A DNA stretch of 46,440 nt. Source: Escherichia phage vB_EcoS_AHS24. Under the pieces are notes generated by a model that saw nothing but the letters and a program-made list of their open reading frames with translations, made no database searches and was not told where the DNA came from. The DNA is taken from the sequence record NC_024784.1, one strand, 5' to 3'. Below are positions 1 through 9,875 of this stretch, piece after piece; positions within the stretch are counted from its first letter, which is position 1, and each line of letters begins with the position of its first letter. The position numbers were made by a program, and so were the translations under genes.

Positions 1-516
1 ATGTCAGAAGAGAAAAAGATTCACCAGAAGATTGGCAACTTCAAGGAGCTATACAATAAGAAGTATGGCGACATTGCCAATCTAAAGATTAACCACAGGT
101 ACACTCCTGAGCAGGTATTCGACATGGCCGTAAGGTATTTCAGCTGGGCTGAAGAGCAAGCGATTAAGGCCATTGAAACGGCGAGCTTTCAGGGTGTTGT
201 AACGGAAAACCTTGTTCATAAGCCACGAATATTTACGATAACTGGATTCCAACTTTTCTGCGGCGTTGGTCATAATGCCATCAGTAAATGGCGCTCTTCG
301 CCTGGATTTGATGAGGTGATGGAGTTTGTGGATTCGGTAATCTTTGAGCAGAAGTATCAGCTTGGCGTTAACAACATCGTCAACCCTGGACTGATTGGCA
401 AGGACTTAGGCATCGATAAGCCGCAAGAGGTTAACATCAACAATGCTTCCAATGCAGTAGTGAACGATGAGGAAGCTATGAAGGCTGCGCTTGAATCAAT
501 AGTTGATAAACTTTGA
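1..516 (+). CDS. terminase small subunit (putative)
   Basis: 171-aa ORF directly upstream of large terminase at start of packaging module; assigned by synteny; window end carries GGAGG RBS that would serve this ATG if genome is circular. Confidence 0.5.
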   Translation: MSEEKKIHQKIGNFKELYNKKYGDIANLKINHRYTPEQVFDMAVRYFSWAEEQAIKAIETASFQGVVTENLVHKPRIFTITGFQLFCGVGHNAISKWRSSPGFDEVMEFVDSVIFEQKYQLGVNNIVNPGLIGKDLGIDKPQEVNINNASNAVVNDEEAMKAALESIVDKL

Positions 517-532
517 TATGTTGATATAATTA

Positions 533-562
533 CCCCATTCAATAAACGAGTGGGGTTTTTTA
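533..562 (+). terminator. putative intrinsic terminator
   Basis: Imperfect hairpin CCCCATTC...GAGTGGGG followed by TTTTTTAT. Confidence 0.45.
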
Positions 563-1077
563 TGTTAGATAGAGCGAAGCCTATGCCGCCTCTGGATTTT
601 CTTAGAGGAATTCTGAGTTACAATCCTGAAACGGGAAAGCTAACGTGGACATCAAAAGTAAGTAGCAAAACCATAATCGGATCCGAGGCTGGGACTTTGC
701 ACAAAGCTAGCGGTCGATATCAAGTACAGATACAAGGGAAGATATACAAGAGCTCAAGGATTGCATTTTATTTGTATTATGGCTTTGAGCCAGTTGGCGC
801 GGTTGACCACATAAATCGTGACCCATCAGACGATAGGATTTCTAATCTTAGGGATGCATCGCTTAGCCAAAACGGAATGAATAAGTCTATGATGAGCAAT
901 AATACATCTGGCTACAAAGGTGTTAGCTACTCAAAGAGAAGGAATGAGTATATTGCATATGTGAAAATAAATGGAAAAATGATGTTTGGAGGTTGGTTTA
1001 AGAAAAAAGAAGAAGCAGCAAAGGTGGCGGCATCAATGAGAGAGAGTATACATGGGGAGTTCTGCAATCATGAGTGA
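562..1077 (+). CDS. HNH homing endonuclease (HNH + AP2-like domain)
   Basis: HINRDPSDDRISNLR HNH-type motif; paralogous to ORF 24664..25137; inserted between terminase subunits; ORF track start 550 is GTG, ATG at 562 preferred. Confidence 0.7.
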   Translation: MLDRAKPMPPLDFLRGILSYNPETGKLTWTSKVSSKTIIGSEAGTLHKASGRYQVQIQGKIYKSSRIAFYLYYGFEPVGAVDHINRDPSDDRISNLRDASLSQNGMNKSMMSNNTSGYKGVSYSKRRNEYIAYVKINGKMMFGGWFKKKEEAAKVAASMRESIHGEFCNHE

Positions 1078-2641
1078 AATAATTGTATGGGAAGACTTAA
1101 CATACCCAGAAAAGCTAGCTATAAAGGCACTATCAACTCATAGCTTCGAGGGTTTCTTAAGGGTGTGGTTTCAAATAAGTCAATCTGAGCGTTATATTCC
1201 TAACTGGCACCATAAGTACCTCTGTAGAATCATCGATGAGGTTATTAGCGGTCAACGCAGAGATACAATCATTAACGTAGCTCCCGGGGCCGGAAAAACC
1301 GAGATTACATCCATTCACTTCCCAGTATACTCAATGCTTAAACTAAAGAAGGTTCGCAATCTTAGCCTGTCATTCTCAGATAGCCTCGTGAAGCGTAACT
1401 CTAAACGGGTTCGTGACCTTATCAAATCGACAGAATTCCAGGAGTTGTGGCCCTGCAAGTTTGGCACATGTAAGGATGATGAGATTCAGGTTCTTGATGA
1501 TTCTGGTAAGGTTAAGTTTGAATCAATATCAAAAGCAATTGGCGGTCAGATTACAGGCGCTCGCGGTGGATATATTACAGATAACTATAGCGGCTGTTTG
1601 ATGCTTGATGATGTAGACAAAGCGGATGATATGTTCAGCAAAGTCAGGCGAGAGGCCGTGCACACTCTTCTCAAAAACACCATTCGCTCACGTAGGGCGA
1701 GTAGCGTTAAAGGTAAAGCTACGCCAATTCTGTCAATTCAGCAAAGGCTTCATACTCAGGATTCAACGTGGTTCATGACTTCTGGTGGTATGGGTATCGA
1801 CTTTGATGTAGTGAAGATACCGGCGCTGGTCACTGAAGAATATGTGAATGAACTCCCTGACTGGATTCGTGAGCAGTTCGAGAAGGACGTGCTTTCATCC
1901 GAGTACGTCGAGCGAGATGGTGTTAAGTATTACAGCTACTTCCCGCAGAAGGAATCTGTGCATGACTTGATGGCAATGTGGGACTCAGATCCGTACACAT
2001 TCCTAAGCCAGTACCAACAATCTCCAGTAGCTCTGGGTGGAAACCTGATCAACGTAGATTGGTTTGCTCGCCTCGATGAGAATAACAGGCCGCCAGTCAA
2101 GTATGACTACCGTTTCATTACGGCTGATACTGCCATGACCACTAAGAGTTATAGCGACTACTCAGTATTCCAGCTATGGGGGCGCAAAGATAACAGGCTT
2201 TATCTTCTGGATATGGTAAGGGGTAAATGGGAAGCACCTGAACTTGAGCAAACTCTTCTGGACTTTGAGAGTAAGCATAGAGCAGCTAGTAAGACAGATG
2301 GTATATTGCGCAAGGTTATTATCGAGAAGAAAGCGTCTGGAATAGGACTTATCCAGTCGGCGGGTCGGGTAATGCGAACTCCTATCGAGCCTTTCGTTCC
2401 AGATACAGATAAGTTAACCAGGGTGATGAGCGCACTGCCACAGATTAAAGCTGGTAACGTAGTTCTGCCTGACTCTGCGCCATGGCTTACCTCGCTATTA
2501 ACCGAGTTCTCGGCGTTCACTGCTGACGATTCTCATCCCCATGATGACATTGTGGATACGACAACAATGGCCATCAACTGTGAATTGAACTTGAGTGACG
2601 ATCCGAGAGCCCGCTTAATGAGGCTAGCTGGCGTTAAGTAA
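1052..2641 (+). CDS. terminase large subunit
   Basis: 529 aa; Walker A-like VAPGAGKTE; acidic nuclease-type C-terminus; alternative start ATG 1070 overlapping HNH stop. Confidence 0.85.
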   Translation: MGSSAIMSEIIVWEDLTYPEKLAIKALSTHSFEGFLRVWFQISQSERYIPNWHHKYLCRIIDEVISGQRRDTIINVAPGAGKTEITSIHFPVYSMLKLKKVRNLSLSFSDSLVKRNSKRVRDLIKSTEFQELWPCKFGTCKDDEIQVLDDSGKVKFESISKAIGGQITGARGGYITDNYSGCLMLDDVDKADDMFSKVRREAVHTLLKNTIRSRRASSVKGKATPILSIQQRLHTQDSTWFMTSGGMGIDFDVVKIPALVTEEYVNELPDWIREQFEKDVLSSEYVERDGVKYYSYFPQKESVHDLMAMWDSDPYTFLSQYQQSPVALGGNLINVDWFARLDENNRPPVKYDYRFITADTAMTTKSYSDYSVFQLWGRKDNRLYLLDMVRGKWEAPELEQTLLDFESKHRAASKTDGILRKVIIEKKASGIGLIQSAGRVMRTPIEPFVPDTDKLTRVMSALPQIKAGNVVLPDSAPWLTSLLTEFSAFTADDSHPHDDIVDTTTMAINCELNLSDDPRARLMRLAGVK

Positions 2642-2653
2642 TCATGATAAACT

Positions 2654-2677
2654 GCCCCTTACTCAGGGGCTTTTTTA
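2654..2677 (+). terminator. intrinsic terminator
   Basis: GCCCCT-tactc-AGGGGC + T6. Confidence 0.7.
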
Positions 2678-2690
2678 TTGGAGAAATTAC

Positions 2691-3965
2691 ATGGTAAAAG
2701 CAGACAGCTACGCAAACATCTTTCTTAGCGGGAGTGATGGTAGTGAGGTTTACGGAAAGTTTGGCAGCCTTGGCCTAACAGCGCCAGCGCAGCTTGAGCA
2801 ACTTTATGTCAGCAGCGCTCTGGTTCGTCGAATTATTGATATCGTTCCAGAGGTCGCACTTGGCGCAGGCTTTAGTATTGAAGGTATCGACGACGAAGGT
2901 GCTTTCTGGTCGCGATGGGATGATTTAGGCCTTTCAGATAACGTAATCGACGCACTAGCCTGGGCGAGACTATACGGTGGCGCTGCTGTAGTGGCAATTG
3001 TGAAGGATGGAAGGGCGCTAACCAGCCCGGTTCGTGAAGGTGCGGAACTTGAAACAGTTCGCGTATACGACCGTCAGCAAATTAAGGTCCAGACTCGCGA
3101 GGAGAATCCACGTAACGCGCGTTTTGGTAAGCCATTAACTTACCGCATCACGCCAAACGGGTCGGCAACGTTCTACGATGTGCACTATACACGCTGTCAC
3201 ATCATTGATGGCGAGCGAGTACCTAACAACCTACGTCGTAATAACGATGGCTGGGGCGCAAGCGTACTAACTGGTGACTTAATTGACGCGATTGACGACT
3301 ATCAGAACTGTGAGCGACTGGCTACTCAGTTACTTCGTCGTAAACAGCAGGCGGTGTGGAAAGCAAAAGGCCTTGCTGACTTATGTGATGATTCAGATGG
3401 ATTTGGAGCAGCTCGTTTACGTCTGGCTCAGGTGGATAATAACAGTGGCGTTGGTCAGGCTATCGGGATTGACGCGGATAGTGAAGAGTACAACGTTCTC
3501 AACTCAGATATTGGCGGTATTGATACATTTCTGAGTCAGAAGTTCGATCGAATCGTTGCTCTGAGCGGTATTCATGAGATTATCCTTAAGGGTAAGAATG
3601 TTGGTGGTGTGTCAGCAAGCCAGAACACTGCTCTAGAGACTTTCTACGGTTATGTTGACCGTAAGCGCAAGGCTGAATTATTGCCTCTGCTTGAGTTCCT
3701 GCTGCCGTTCATCGTAACCGAGCAAGAGTGGTCAGTAGAATTTAACCCTCTATCGCAGGTTAGTGACAAGGATAAATCTGAGATTCTTGAGAAGAACGTC
3801 AATTCAGTTGCCGCATTGATTGCAGCTGGAATCATTGACGCAGACGAAGCAAGAGATACGTTGCGCGCAATTTCAACTGAGGTTAAGATTGGCGAAGGCT
3901 CAATTCAAACGGAGGTTGTAATTAATGAATCAGAAGACCCGCTGGATGTATCCGCAAATAATTGA
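2691..3965 (+). CDS. portal protein
   Basis: 424 aa directly after terminase; GGAGA RBS; synteny. Confidence 0.75.
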   Translation: MVKADSYANIFLSGSDGSEVYGKFGSLGLTAPAQLEQLYVSSALVRRIIDIVPEVALGAGFSIEGIDDEGAFWSRWDDLGLSDNVIDALAWARLYGGAAVVAIVKDGRALTSPVREGAELETVRVYDRQQIKVQTREENPRNARFGKPLTYRITPNGSATFYDVHYTRCHIIDGERVPNNLRRNNDGWGASVLTGDLIDAIDDYQNCERLATQLLRRKQQAVWKAKGLADLCDDSDGFGAARLRLAQVDNNSGVGQAIGIDADSEEYNVLNSDIGGIDTFLSQKFDRIVALSGIHEIILKGKNVGGVSASQNTALETFYGYVDRKRKAELLPLLEFLLPFIVTEQEWSVEFNPLSQVSDKDKSEILEKNVNSVAALIAAGIIDADEARDTLRAISTEVKIGEGSIQTEVVINESEDPLDVSANN

Positions 3966-4689
3966 GAGCCAGATTAACCGCAGCCTTTTGGTTGCGGTAT
4001 CTGAACTTATTGAGCAAATGAAGTTATCTGCAAAGAGGCTAAAAATTGACACAGCGCAGGAGATTGAAGAGGAAGATTCAGACCTTTCAGATGTAATCTC
4101 AGCGCTGCTATCTGGTTTTGTTTCCACTCTGCCTGCGCTGGCACTAGCAATATATCGTTATAACTCGGCGCAATTCCTTAAGGTGGCCAACAACTCCGGA
4201 GGTAAGAATAATCCTGTAGTTCTTGCGCTAGGATTGTATGGTATTAACGCGGATGAACCATGGTGGCTCGACACCAGGAACTCCTGGATTGTTGGCACGC
4301 AGTTAAGTGCATCAAAGCTGCTAAACAACATCAAGGATGATTTCATAAACAACGCCATTACTGCGCAGGCTGGTAACACTGTTGACCTTGATGATAGATA
4401 CCGAATCTACAGAAAGAGAACAGCAAATATCGCTGCTGGAATTACAGGGTCTCTAAACTCAAACCTTATGCGGAGAAGGCTTGAAGATGCCGGTGTATCT
4501 CAGTATGTTTGGCGTGGTAGACTTGACGACAAAGAGCGACCATCTCACGTTCTGCGTGAGGGGGTTAGCTTTAAATCAGATGGTTCGGACGCTGGAAAAC
4601 TTGACGGCCTTGCGATATTCCCCGGTCAGCAATACGGGTGTCGTTGCTGGGCTGTTCCTAAATGGGAGAATTTAATTAATGAAGAGTAA
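3925..4689 (+). CDS. head morphogenesis / minor head protein (Mu F / SPP1 gp7-like)
   Basis: 254 aa following portal with overlapping start; synteny. Confidence 0.55.
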   Translation: MNQKTRWMYPQIIESQINRSLLVAVSELIEQMKLSAKRLKIDTAQEIEEEDSDLSDVISALLSGFVSTLPALALAIYRYNSAQFLKVANNSGGKNNPVVLALGLYGINADEPWWLDTRNSWIVGTQLSASKLLNNIKDDFINNAITAQAGNTVDLDDRYRIYRKRTANIAAGITGSLNSNLMRRRLEDAGVSQYVWRGRLDDKERPSHVLREGVSFKSDGSDAGKLDGLAIFPGQQYGCRCWAVPKWENLINEE

Positions 4690-5800
4690 AATGCGTTATG
4701 ATAGCGCCAAGGTAAAAGCCCGTTTCGATGAGAACGGTTTTCTCGTGGACACACCAGTGGTTGCTCGCGTAGGTGTACAAACCTACTATATGCCAGATGG
4801 TTCAGAGCGCCGAGAGTTCCGTCCGGCTTCAGAGGTTTTTAAAGCCGATTCGCTGCAAAGTTACCAGGGTAAGCCGCTTACTCTTGGTCACGTGGTTGTA
4901 AACTCTGAAAATGCTAAAGAGGTGGTTGTTGGTTCTGTATCTGGGTCAGCAATGCGTCAGGACTCGGCAGTGATTGTTCCTCTTACCGTTTACGACAAGG
5001 AAGCAATTGAGAAGGCCAAGTCTGGCGTTGCTGGTGAGCTCTCTGTTGGCTACAACACTGTTGACATTGAGTCTCCTGGCTGGGGTAGTAATGAAACGGG
5101 TGAGTACAAGCTTGATGGAGAGTACGCAAGCCAGGATGAGATTCCTGCTGATTGGGTACGCTTTGATGCGCTACAGACGAATATCGTTGTTAATCATATC
5201 GCACTCGTATATAAAGGTCGCGCAGGTATTGCTAAACTCAATCTGGACGCGGAACAGGAAAACCCGTATACTGATACCGTTCAATCAAATAAAGAGGATA
5301 AATTGATGATTAAGATTAAACTCGATGGCGAACAGGAGTTCGAAATCGCCCCGGAAGTTGCTAACCACATCGAAGCTGTTAAGGCAGATGCGGAGCAGGC
5401 TAAAGCCAAAGCTGACACTCTGGAAGCTGAGCGCGATGCACTGAAAGCTAAAGTTGATGGCATTCCTGCCGAAATCGAAGCTGCCGTAGCCAAAGCTAAA
5501 GCTGACGCTGATGAGCTGGCAACTCTGGTTGCAGTTGCCGCAGAAGCTGGCGTTAAATGTGACGGCCTGGATGCTAAAGCAATCAAAGTTGCTTACGTTA
5601 AAGAAGTCTCTGGCCTGGATGTTTCTGAGAAATCTGACGCGTATATTGACGCAGCGTTCGACATTGCCAAAGAATCTGATAAAATGGCTGAAGTTCGTAA
5701 GGCTACCGTAGCCTCTGATAAATCTGACAGCAAAGAAGAGTTGACGCTTATTGATCCGCGCGCTCGAATTGCTAAAGCTAAATCCAATAAGGAGAAATAA
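4679..5800 (+). CDS. head scaffolding protein (possibly prohead protease-like N-terminus)
   Basis: 373 aa; C-terminal Ala/Lys/Glu-rich coiled-coil (AKAKADTLEAERDALKAKV...) typical of scaffolds. Confidence 0.5.
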   Translation: MKSKMRYDSAKVKARFDENGFLVDTPVVARVGVQTYYMPDGSERREFRPASEVFKADSLQSYQGKPLTLGHVVVNSENAKEVVVGSVSGSAMRQDSAVIVPLTVYDKEAIEKAKSGVAGELSVGYNTVDIESPGWGSNETGEYKLDGEYASQDEIPADWVRFDALQTNIVVNHIALVYKGRAGIAKLNLDAEQENPYTDTVQSNKEDKLMIKIKLDGEQEFEIAPEVANHIEAVKADAEQAKAKADTLEAERDALKAKVDGIPAEIEAAVAKAKADADELATLVAVAAEAGVKCDGLDAKAIKVAYVKEVSGLDVSEKSDAYIDAAFDIAKESDKMAEVRKATVASDKSDSKEELTLIDPRARIAKAKSNKEK

Positions 5801-5802
5801 TA

Positions 5803-6297
5803 ATGGCATTTCGTCAAGCAGCATTAGCGGGTATGGTATCTGATACCTCTCTTTACAATATCGATGGCGCGTGCGTTCTAGGTGGCACCGCTCAGGTGCA
5901 GGTTGGTCAGGCAGTTGGTGTTAGCGAAGTTGAAGTTACTGGAACTAGCTCATCTGGTGCAGGTCATAAAACTGTAGTTGGTTCTGGCATTACGACCGCT
6001 AACGTTTATGGTGTTGCTGTTCGCTCGCATTATGAAGCTGTTGATGGCTTCTATCGACCGCAAGAGGCAATTAACGTAATGACGGCTGGTAGAATCTGGA
6101 TGAAAACCACACTGTCAGCAGCGCCTGCATTCGGAACTGCAATCACTCTTGATGCGACTGGAATTGTTGTTTCTAGCGGCGCTGTTGAGCCAGCTGGTTG
6201 GACTTTCGCAGGTGGCTTCATTGCTGGCACTGCGGTGCAGGGTCAGCCAGAACCTTATGATGGCGCACTGATTGAAGTTCAGGTTAAGCAGAAATAA
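5803..6297 (+). CDS. head structural / decoration protein (putative)
   Basis: 164 aa Gly/Val/Thr-rich between scaffold and capsid genes; AGGAG RBS; followed by terminator. Confidence 0.4.
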   Translation: MAFRQAALAGMVSDTSLYNIDGACVLGGTAQVQVGQAVGVSEVEVTGTSSSGAGHKTVVGSGITTANVYGVAVRSHYEAVDGFYRPQEAINVMTAGRIWMKTTLSAAPAFGTAITLDATGIVVSSGAVEPAGWTFAGGFIAGTAVQGQPEPYDGALIEVQVKQK

Positions 6298-6314
6298 TTA
6301 ACCGTGTAAATATA

Positions 6315-6336
6315 ACCCGCTTCGGCGGGTTTTTTA
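6315..6336 (+). terminator. intrinsic terminator
   Basis: ACCCGC-TTCG-GCGGGT + T-run. Confidence 0.75.
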
Positions 6337-6391
6337 TTGCCAAAATTCTGTTACAATCATTAAGACTATTAACCGATATGGAGTAAATGAA

Positions 6392-6844
6392 ATGGCTTTA
6401 GAGTTTATGGAAGTTGTAGCTAAGACTTACGGCGACCTGGAGAGGTTAGTAAAGGCAAAAATGCTGGAAGGATGGATGCCATTTGATAGCTTAATTAACA
6501 ATAGATTTACTATCGCAATTGTTATGGTTAAGGGTAGTGATGCGCAGCTTACCGACTTTAGGATTCTCGGTGATAGCACTAGAGTTAAATTAATAAGCAA
6601 GGCTAACAAATTAATTGCTGATGACCCTGAGTGGGAGGTTTTCGGTCACCCTCAAATATTTGGCGCTGACGATTACATAGTTTCATTATCAAAAGGCTTT
6701 AAGGGAACTACTGGTAGGGATGGCATGGCTGGCCCACAAGGACCGCAAGGACCGCGCGGCGAAGTTGGCCCACAAGGTCCGCAGGGTGAAAAAGGAGATA
6801 CTGGACCTCAGGGACTAAAAGGTGATAAAGGTGATAAGGGGTGA
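6392..6844 (+). CDS. collagen-like repeat protein, N-terminal part
   Basis: C-terminal Gly-X-Y run [43 protein letters not shown] ending at GGGG-TGA. Confidence 0.6.
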   Translation: MALEFMEVVAKTYGDLERLVKAKMLEGWMPFDSLINNRFTIAIVMVKGSDAQLTDFRILGDSTRVKLISKANKLIADDPEWEVFGHPQIFGADDYIVSLSKGFKGTTGRDGMAGPQGPQGPRGEVGPQGPQGEKGDTGPQGLKGDKGDKG

Positions 6845-7277
6845 TCCAGGAGCGCTCGTAACATGGAAAAAATTTAACCTAGTTAACACAGTTGGTTCAG
6901 GGGTGGACACTCAATTCCCTGGTATAGCTAACACTTGGTTTAGGGTGCAAGTAACATCATCATCAAGATTTACATTCTTTGCTCTAAAGGAAGGGTCTGG
7001 AACAACAAGCATTGATGGCGACGTTAAGTACAACGATGAGGATGATACTTATCGCAGGGTTAAGTATTCTGGAGTGTTCACATCGGCATCGAACTACACA
7101 TTTATTAACACAGGATTCGGCGTGACCTCAGCTAGATGTGTAGAGTTTTACACCTATCTAAATGATGGCTCTAGTGGTTATTTTTACAGGGTTGAGGTTT
7201 TCATTGCTGGCAGGCCTGCATTTACCACAATTACACAACCAGACTTCACCGTTAGAATAACAAGACTTGATGCCTAA
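6822..7277 (+). CDS. collagen-like protein, C-terminal part (frame +1 continuation)
   Basis: Overlapping ORF in +1 frame begins ..[10 protein letters not shown] continuing the Gly-X-Y register; likely one gene with the upstream ORF. Confidence 0.5.
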   Translation: MIKVIRGDPGALVTWKKFNLVNTVGSGVDTQFPGIANTWFRVQVTSSSRFTFFALKEGSGTTSIDGDVKYNDEDDTYRRVKYSGVFTSASNYTFINTGFGVTSARCVEFYTYLNDGSSGYFYRVEVFIAGRPAFTTITQPDFTVRITRLDA

Positions 7278-7357
7278 ACTTTATCACCCGCCATTGCGCG
7301 GTCTTAAAACTCGTGTATAATGTCAACGTACACAGTTAACCAAAAGGATAAATAGGA

Positions 7358-8302
7358 ATGACTATTAAGCTAGATGCTTTCGAGCAGAACAAAATCACCG
7401 AACACCTGCGTAACATGGGTGTTGAAAAAGCTGATGCAGCTGGCATTTGGACCATCAAACAGCTGACTCAGACGCTTAACCGTAACTACGATCGCGAATA
7501 TGCTGAAACGTCTGTAGTTAACCTGTTCCCGGTCACTAACGAAATTGGCGCTTACGCTAAATACTTCGAATACGGCGAAATGGATGGTGTTGGCTTAGCT
7601 CAGATTGTAGCTGATTATTCAGATGATTTGCCGACGGTTGATGCACTGATGCAAGAGAAGCAAGGTAAGGTGTTCCGTTTTGGTAATGCATTCCTGGTTT
7701 CCATCGATGAGATTGCGGCTGGCGCAGCTACTGGTCAATCACTGTCTTCTCGCAAACAGGCTCTTGCATTCGAAGCTCATGACAACCTGCTTGATAAGCT
7801 GGTTTGGAAAGGCTCCGCACCTCACGGCATTAAGTCTGTATTCGATTACGACAACGTAAACCAGGTAGTTCCAAGCGGCGCATGGACTACAGCACAGACT
7901 GCTTACGCTGACGTTAATAGCCTGCTGGATATTATCGAAACAGCAACCCAAGGCATCCATCGAGCTAACAGGCTGCTTCTTCCGGCATCCGCTCGTCGAG
8001 TAATGCAAACTCTGGTCCCGAATACTGGTATTAGCTACTTTGAGTTCTTTGCCCGTAACAACAATGGCGTACAGGTGGAGTTCCTGCAACTCCTTGACAA
8101 CTACGATGGCGCAAACGGCAAGGCTGCAATTGCTTATGAGTACGACCCATTGAACATGAGCATTGAGATTCCAGAAGCTACTCACGTCCTTCCAGCTCAA
8201 CCGAAGGATTTGCACTTCAAGTTTCCTGTAACCTCCAAGTCTACTGGCCTGGTTATCTACCGACCTCTGACCGTTGCAGTAATGAAAGGTATCACCTTCT
8301 AA
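7358..8302 (+). CDS. major capsid protein
   Basis: 314 aa, strong RBS, own terminator downstream, position in head module. Confidence 0.75.
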   Translation: MTIKLDAFEQNKITEHLRNMGVEKADAAGIWTIKQLTQTLNRNYDREYAETSVVNLFPVTNEIGAYAKYFEYGEMDGVGLAQIVADYSDDLPTVDALMQEKQGKVFRFGNAFLVSIDEIAAGAATGQSLSSRKQALAFEAHDNLLDKLVWKGSAPHGIKSVFDYDNVNQVVPSGAWTTAQTAYADVNSLLDIIETATQGIHRANRLLLPASARRVMQTLVPNTGISYFEFFARNNNGVQVEFLQLLDNYDGANGKAAIAYEYDPLNMSIEIPEATHVLPAQPKDLHFKFPVTSKSTGLVIYRPLTVAVMKGITF

Positions 8303-8308
8303 TAAATA

Positions 8309-8331
8309 GCCCTCTTCGGAGGGCTTTTTTA
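8309..8331 (+). terminator. intrinsic terminator
   Basis: AGCCCTC-TTCG-GAGGGCT + T-run, after capsid gene. Confidence 0.75.
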
Positions 8332-8392
8332 CGTCTGTACTAAATGAATCATAAAGTATATAATTCATTTATAGACTAAACAGGAGGAAAGA

Positions 8393-8641
8393 ATGATTAA
8401 GTTAGAACACGTTGGTGCTTGCCTTATTCGATTTGCTGGAAATGATTACCTGCCAGGACAAGTCATTGAAGTAGAAGAGTTGAATGACGGTTTTAAGCGA
8501 TTGATTGCTGAGGGTCGACTTGAGGTAATGGAAGACCGCAAGGCAACCAAGAAAGTAATTGAAGAAATTGAAAGCAAGAAGGTTAAAAAGAAAGAACCAA
8601 AGACTGTAGACGAAGCTGAAAACGGCGGCGAGTACAAGTAA
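8393..8641 (+). CDS. hypothetical Lys/Glu-rich protein
   Basis: 82 aa, AGGAGG RBS, flanked by terminators on both sides. Confidence 0.5.
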   Translation: MIKLEHVGACLIRFAGNDYLPGQVIEVEELNDGFKRLIAEGRLEVMEDRKATKKVIEEIESKKVKKKEPKTVDEAENGGEYK

Positions 8642-8648
8642 CCAACAC

Positions 8649-8673
8649 GGACGCTTTAGAGCGTCCTTTTTTG
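8649..8673 (+). terminator. intrinsic terminator
   Basis: GGACGCT-ttag-AGCGTCC + T-run. Confidence 0.75.
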
Positions 8674-8687
8674 TATGGAGATATAAA

Positions 8688-9089
8688 ATGAATGAAGAAG
8701 TAATCGCATATATAAGGCAGCTGTACCCCCCACTTAACAATCAGCCTGATGATGTTCTTAATGCATGGATTGAGGTAGCTAAGCTGTTTATCTGCCTGGA
8801 TAAGTTTGGTGACAAGCAGGTTCAGGCATTAGCTTTCTACACTCTTCACTTGCTTAGTCAGGATATTGCGCTTAAGACTGAGAATGATTCAAGCCAGACA
8901 TCCTCTGACCGGGTTAAGTCCTACTCACTTTCAGGAGAGTACACGATTAGCTATGATACCAGCACTGCTGCCGCGAGCTCATCTAACCTTGAAGCATCCT
9001 CATGGGGTAAGCTTTACATTGATTTGATGCGTCGCAAGGTTGGCCGCTGGGGTTTGATTACTTCTGGTGGGTCGAGGTGCTGCCGATGA
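8688..9089 (+). CDS. head-tail connector protein (putative)
   Basis: 133 aa, synteny between capsid and tail genes. Confidence 0.45.
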   Translation: MNEEVIAYIRQLYPPLNNQPDDVLNAWIEVAKLFICLDKFGDKQVQALAFYTLHLLSQDIALKTENDSSQTSSDRVKSYSLSGEYTISYDTSTAAASSSNLEASSWGKLYIDLMRRKVGRWGLITSGGSRCCR

Positions 9090-9454
9090 ATCATGCATTT
9101 TTGCAGCAGCAAATTAAGGCTGGTATTAATCTCCTGTCAGATGGCGATGGCGTTTTCGAAGCCACGACACAGCCAACCATCTCTATCGTGAATGGCTACG
9201 AAGTGCGCACGCCTGGCACTTCATATACAGTGCGAGGTGTTATACGTGAATTCAAGGCGCGAGACATTGACGGTGACATCATCAAATTCGGTGACCGTCG
9301 CGGAATTTTTACTACTGATTCAGTTGTATCGGAAGGTGACCGCATTTACATTGACCAGGAAGCATACACAGTAATAGACCCGCGACCAGTGAAGCCAACC
9401 GGTACGGTAATCGCCTACAGGCCAGTGCTACGGAGGGCTGCAACTTATGGCTAA
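9077..9454 (+). CDS. head-tail joining protein (putative)
   Basis: 125 aa, overlapping start, synteny. Confidence 0.45.
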   Translation: MLPMNHAFLQQQIKAGINLLSDGDGVFEATTQPTISIVNGYEVRTPGTSYTVRGVIREFKARDIDGDIIKFGDRRGIFTTDSVVSEGDRIYIDQEAYTVIDPRPVKPTGTVIAYRPVLRRAATYG

Positions 9455-9875
9455 TGATAACCTGCTATTTAAGCTAAAGATTAATGATTGGGCCGATTCA
9501 GTAATGGAGGCGATTCCTGAGATTATTGATGATGCCCTTGATAACGCAGCTAGGGATATCGTTAAGTTGTCTCCTGTTGATACTGGAAGGTTTAGAGGTA
9601 ACTGGCAAGCTACAGGAAACAGGCCATCACTGATTGGTTTGAACAACTATGACAAGGATGGGGCTGATACAATTAAGTCACTAAGAAGGCAAATCCACGC
9701 TCTAGCTAGAGATAAGGCTACGCATACAATCTATATCACCAATGCGCTAACGTATGCGTTACCATTGGAGTTCGGTTATTCTGGTCAGGCACCAAACGGG
9801 GTACTTGGTATCGTCACTAAGAGGCTTGGTTTTTACTTTAATGACGCTATAAGGAAAAAGTCCAATGCACTATGA
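9447..9875 (+). CDS. neck / tail component (HK97 gp10-like, putative)
   Basis: 142 aa, overlapping start, synteny. Confidence 0.45.
   Translation: MANDNLLFKLKINDWADSVMEAIPEIIDDALDNAARDIVKLSPVDTGRFRGNWQATGNRPSLIGLNNYDKDGADTIKSLRRQIHALARDKATHTIYITNALTYALPLEFGYSGQAPNGVLGIVTKRLGFYFNDAIRKKSNAL

Noticed and set aside
5285-5824. 179-aa reverse-strand ORF (and 101-aa ORF 5281..5586) inside the scaffold gene
   Set aside because: Antisense shadow ORFs within an Ala/Lys-rich coding region, low-complexity translation, no RBS.
7739-8368. 209-aa reverse-strand ORF overlapping the major capsid gene
   Set aside because: Lies entirely antisense to a strongly supported structural gene; likely a shadow ORF.
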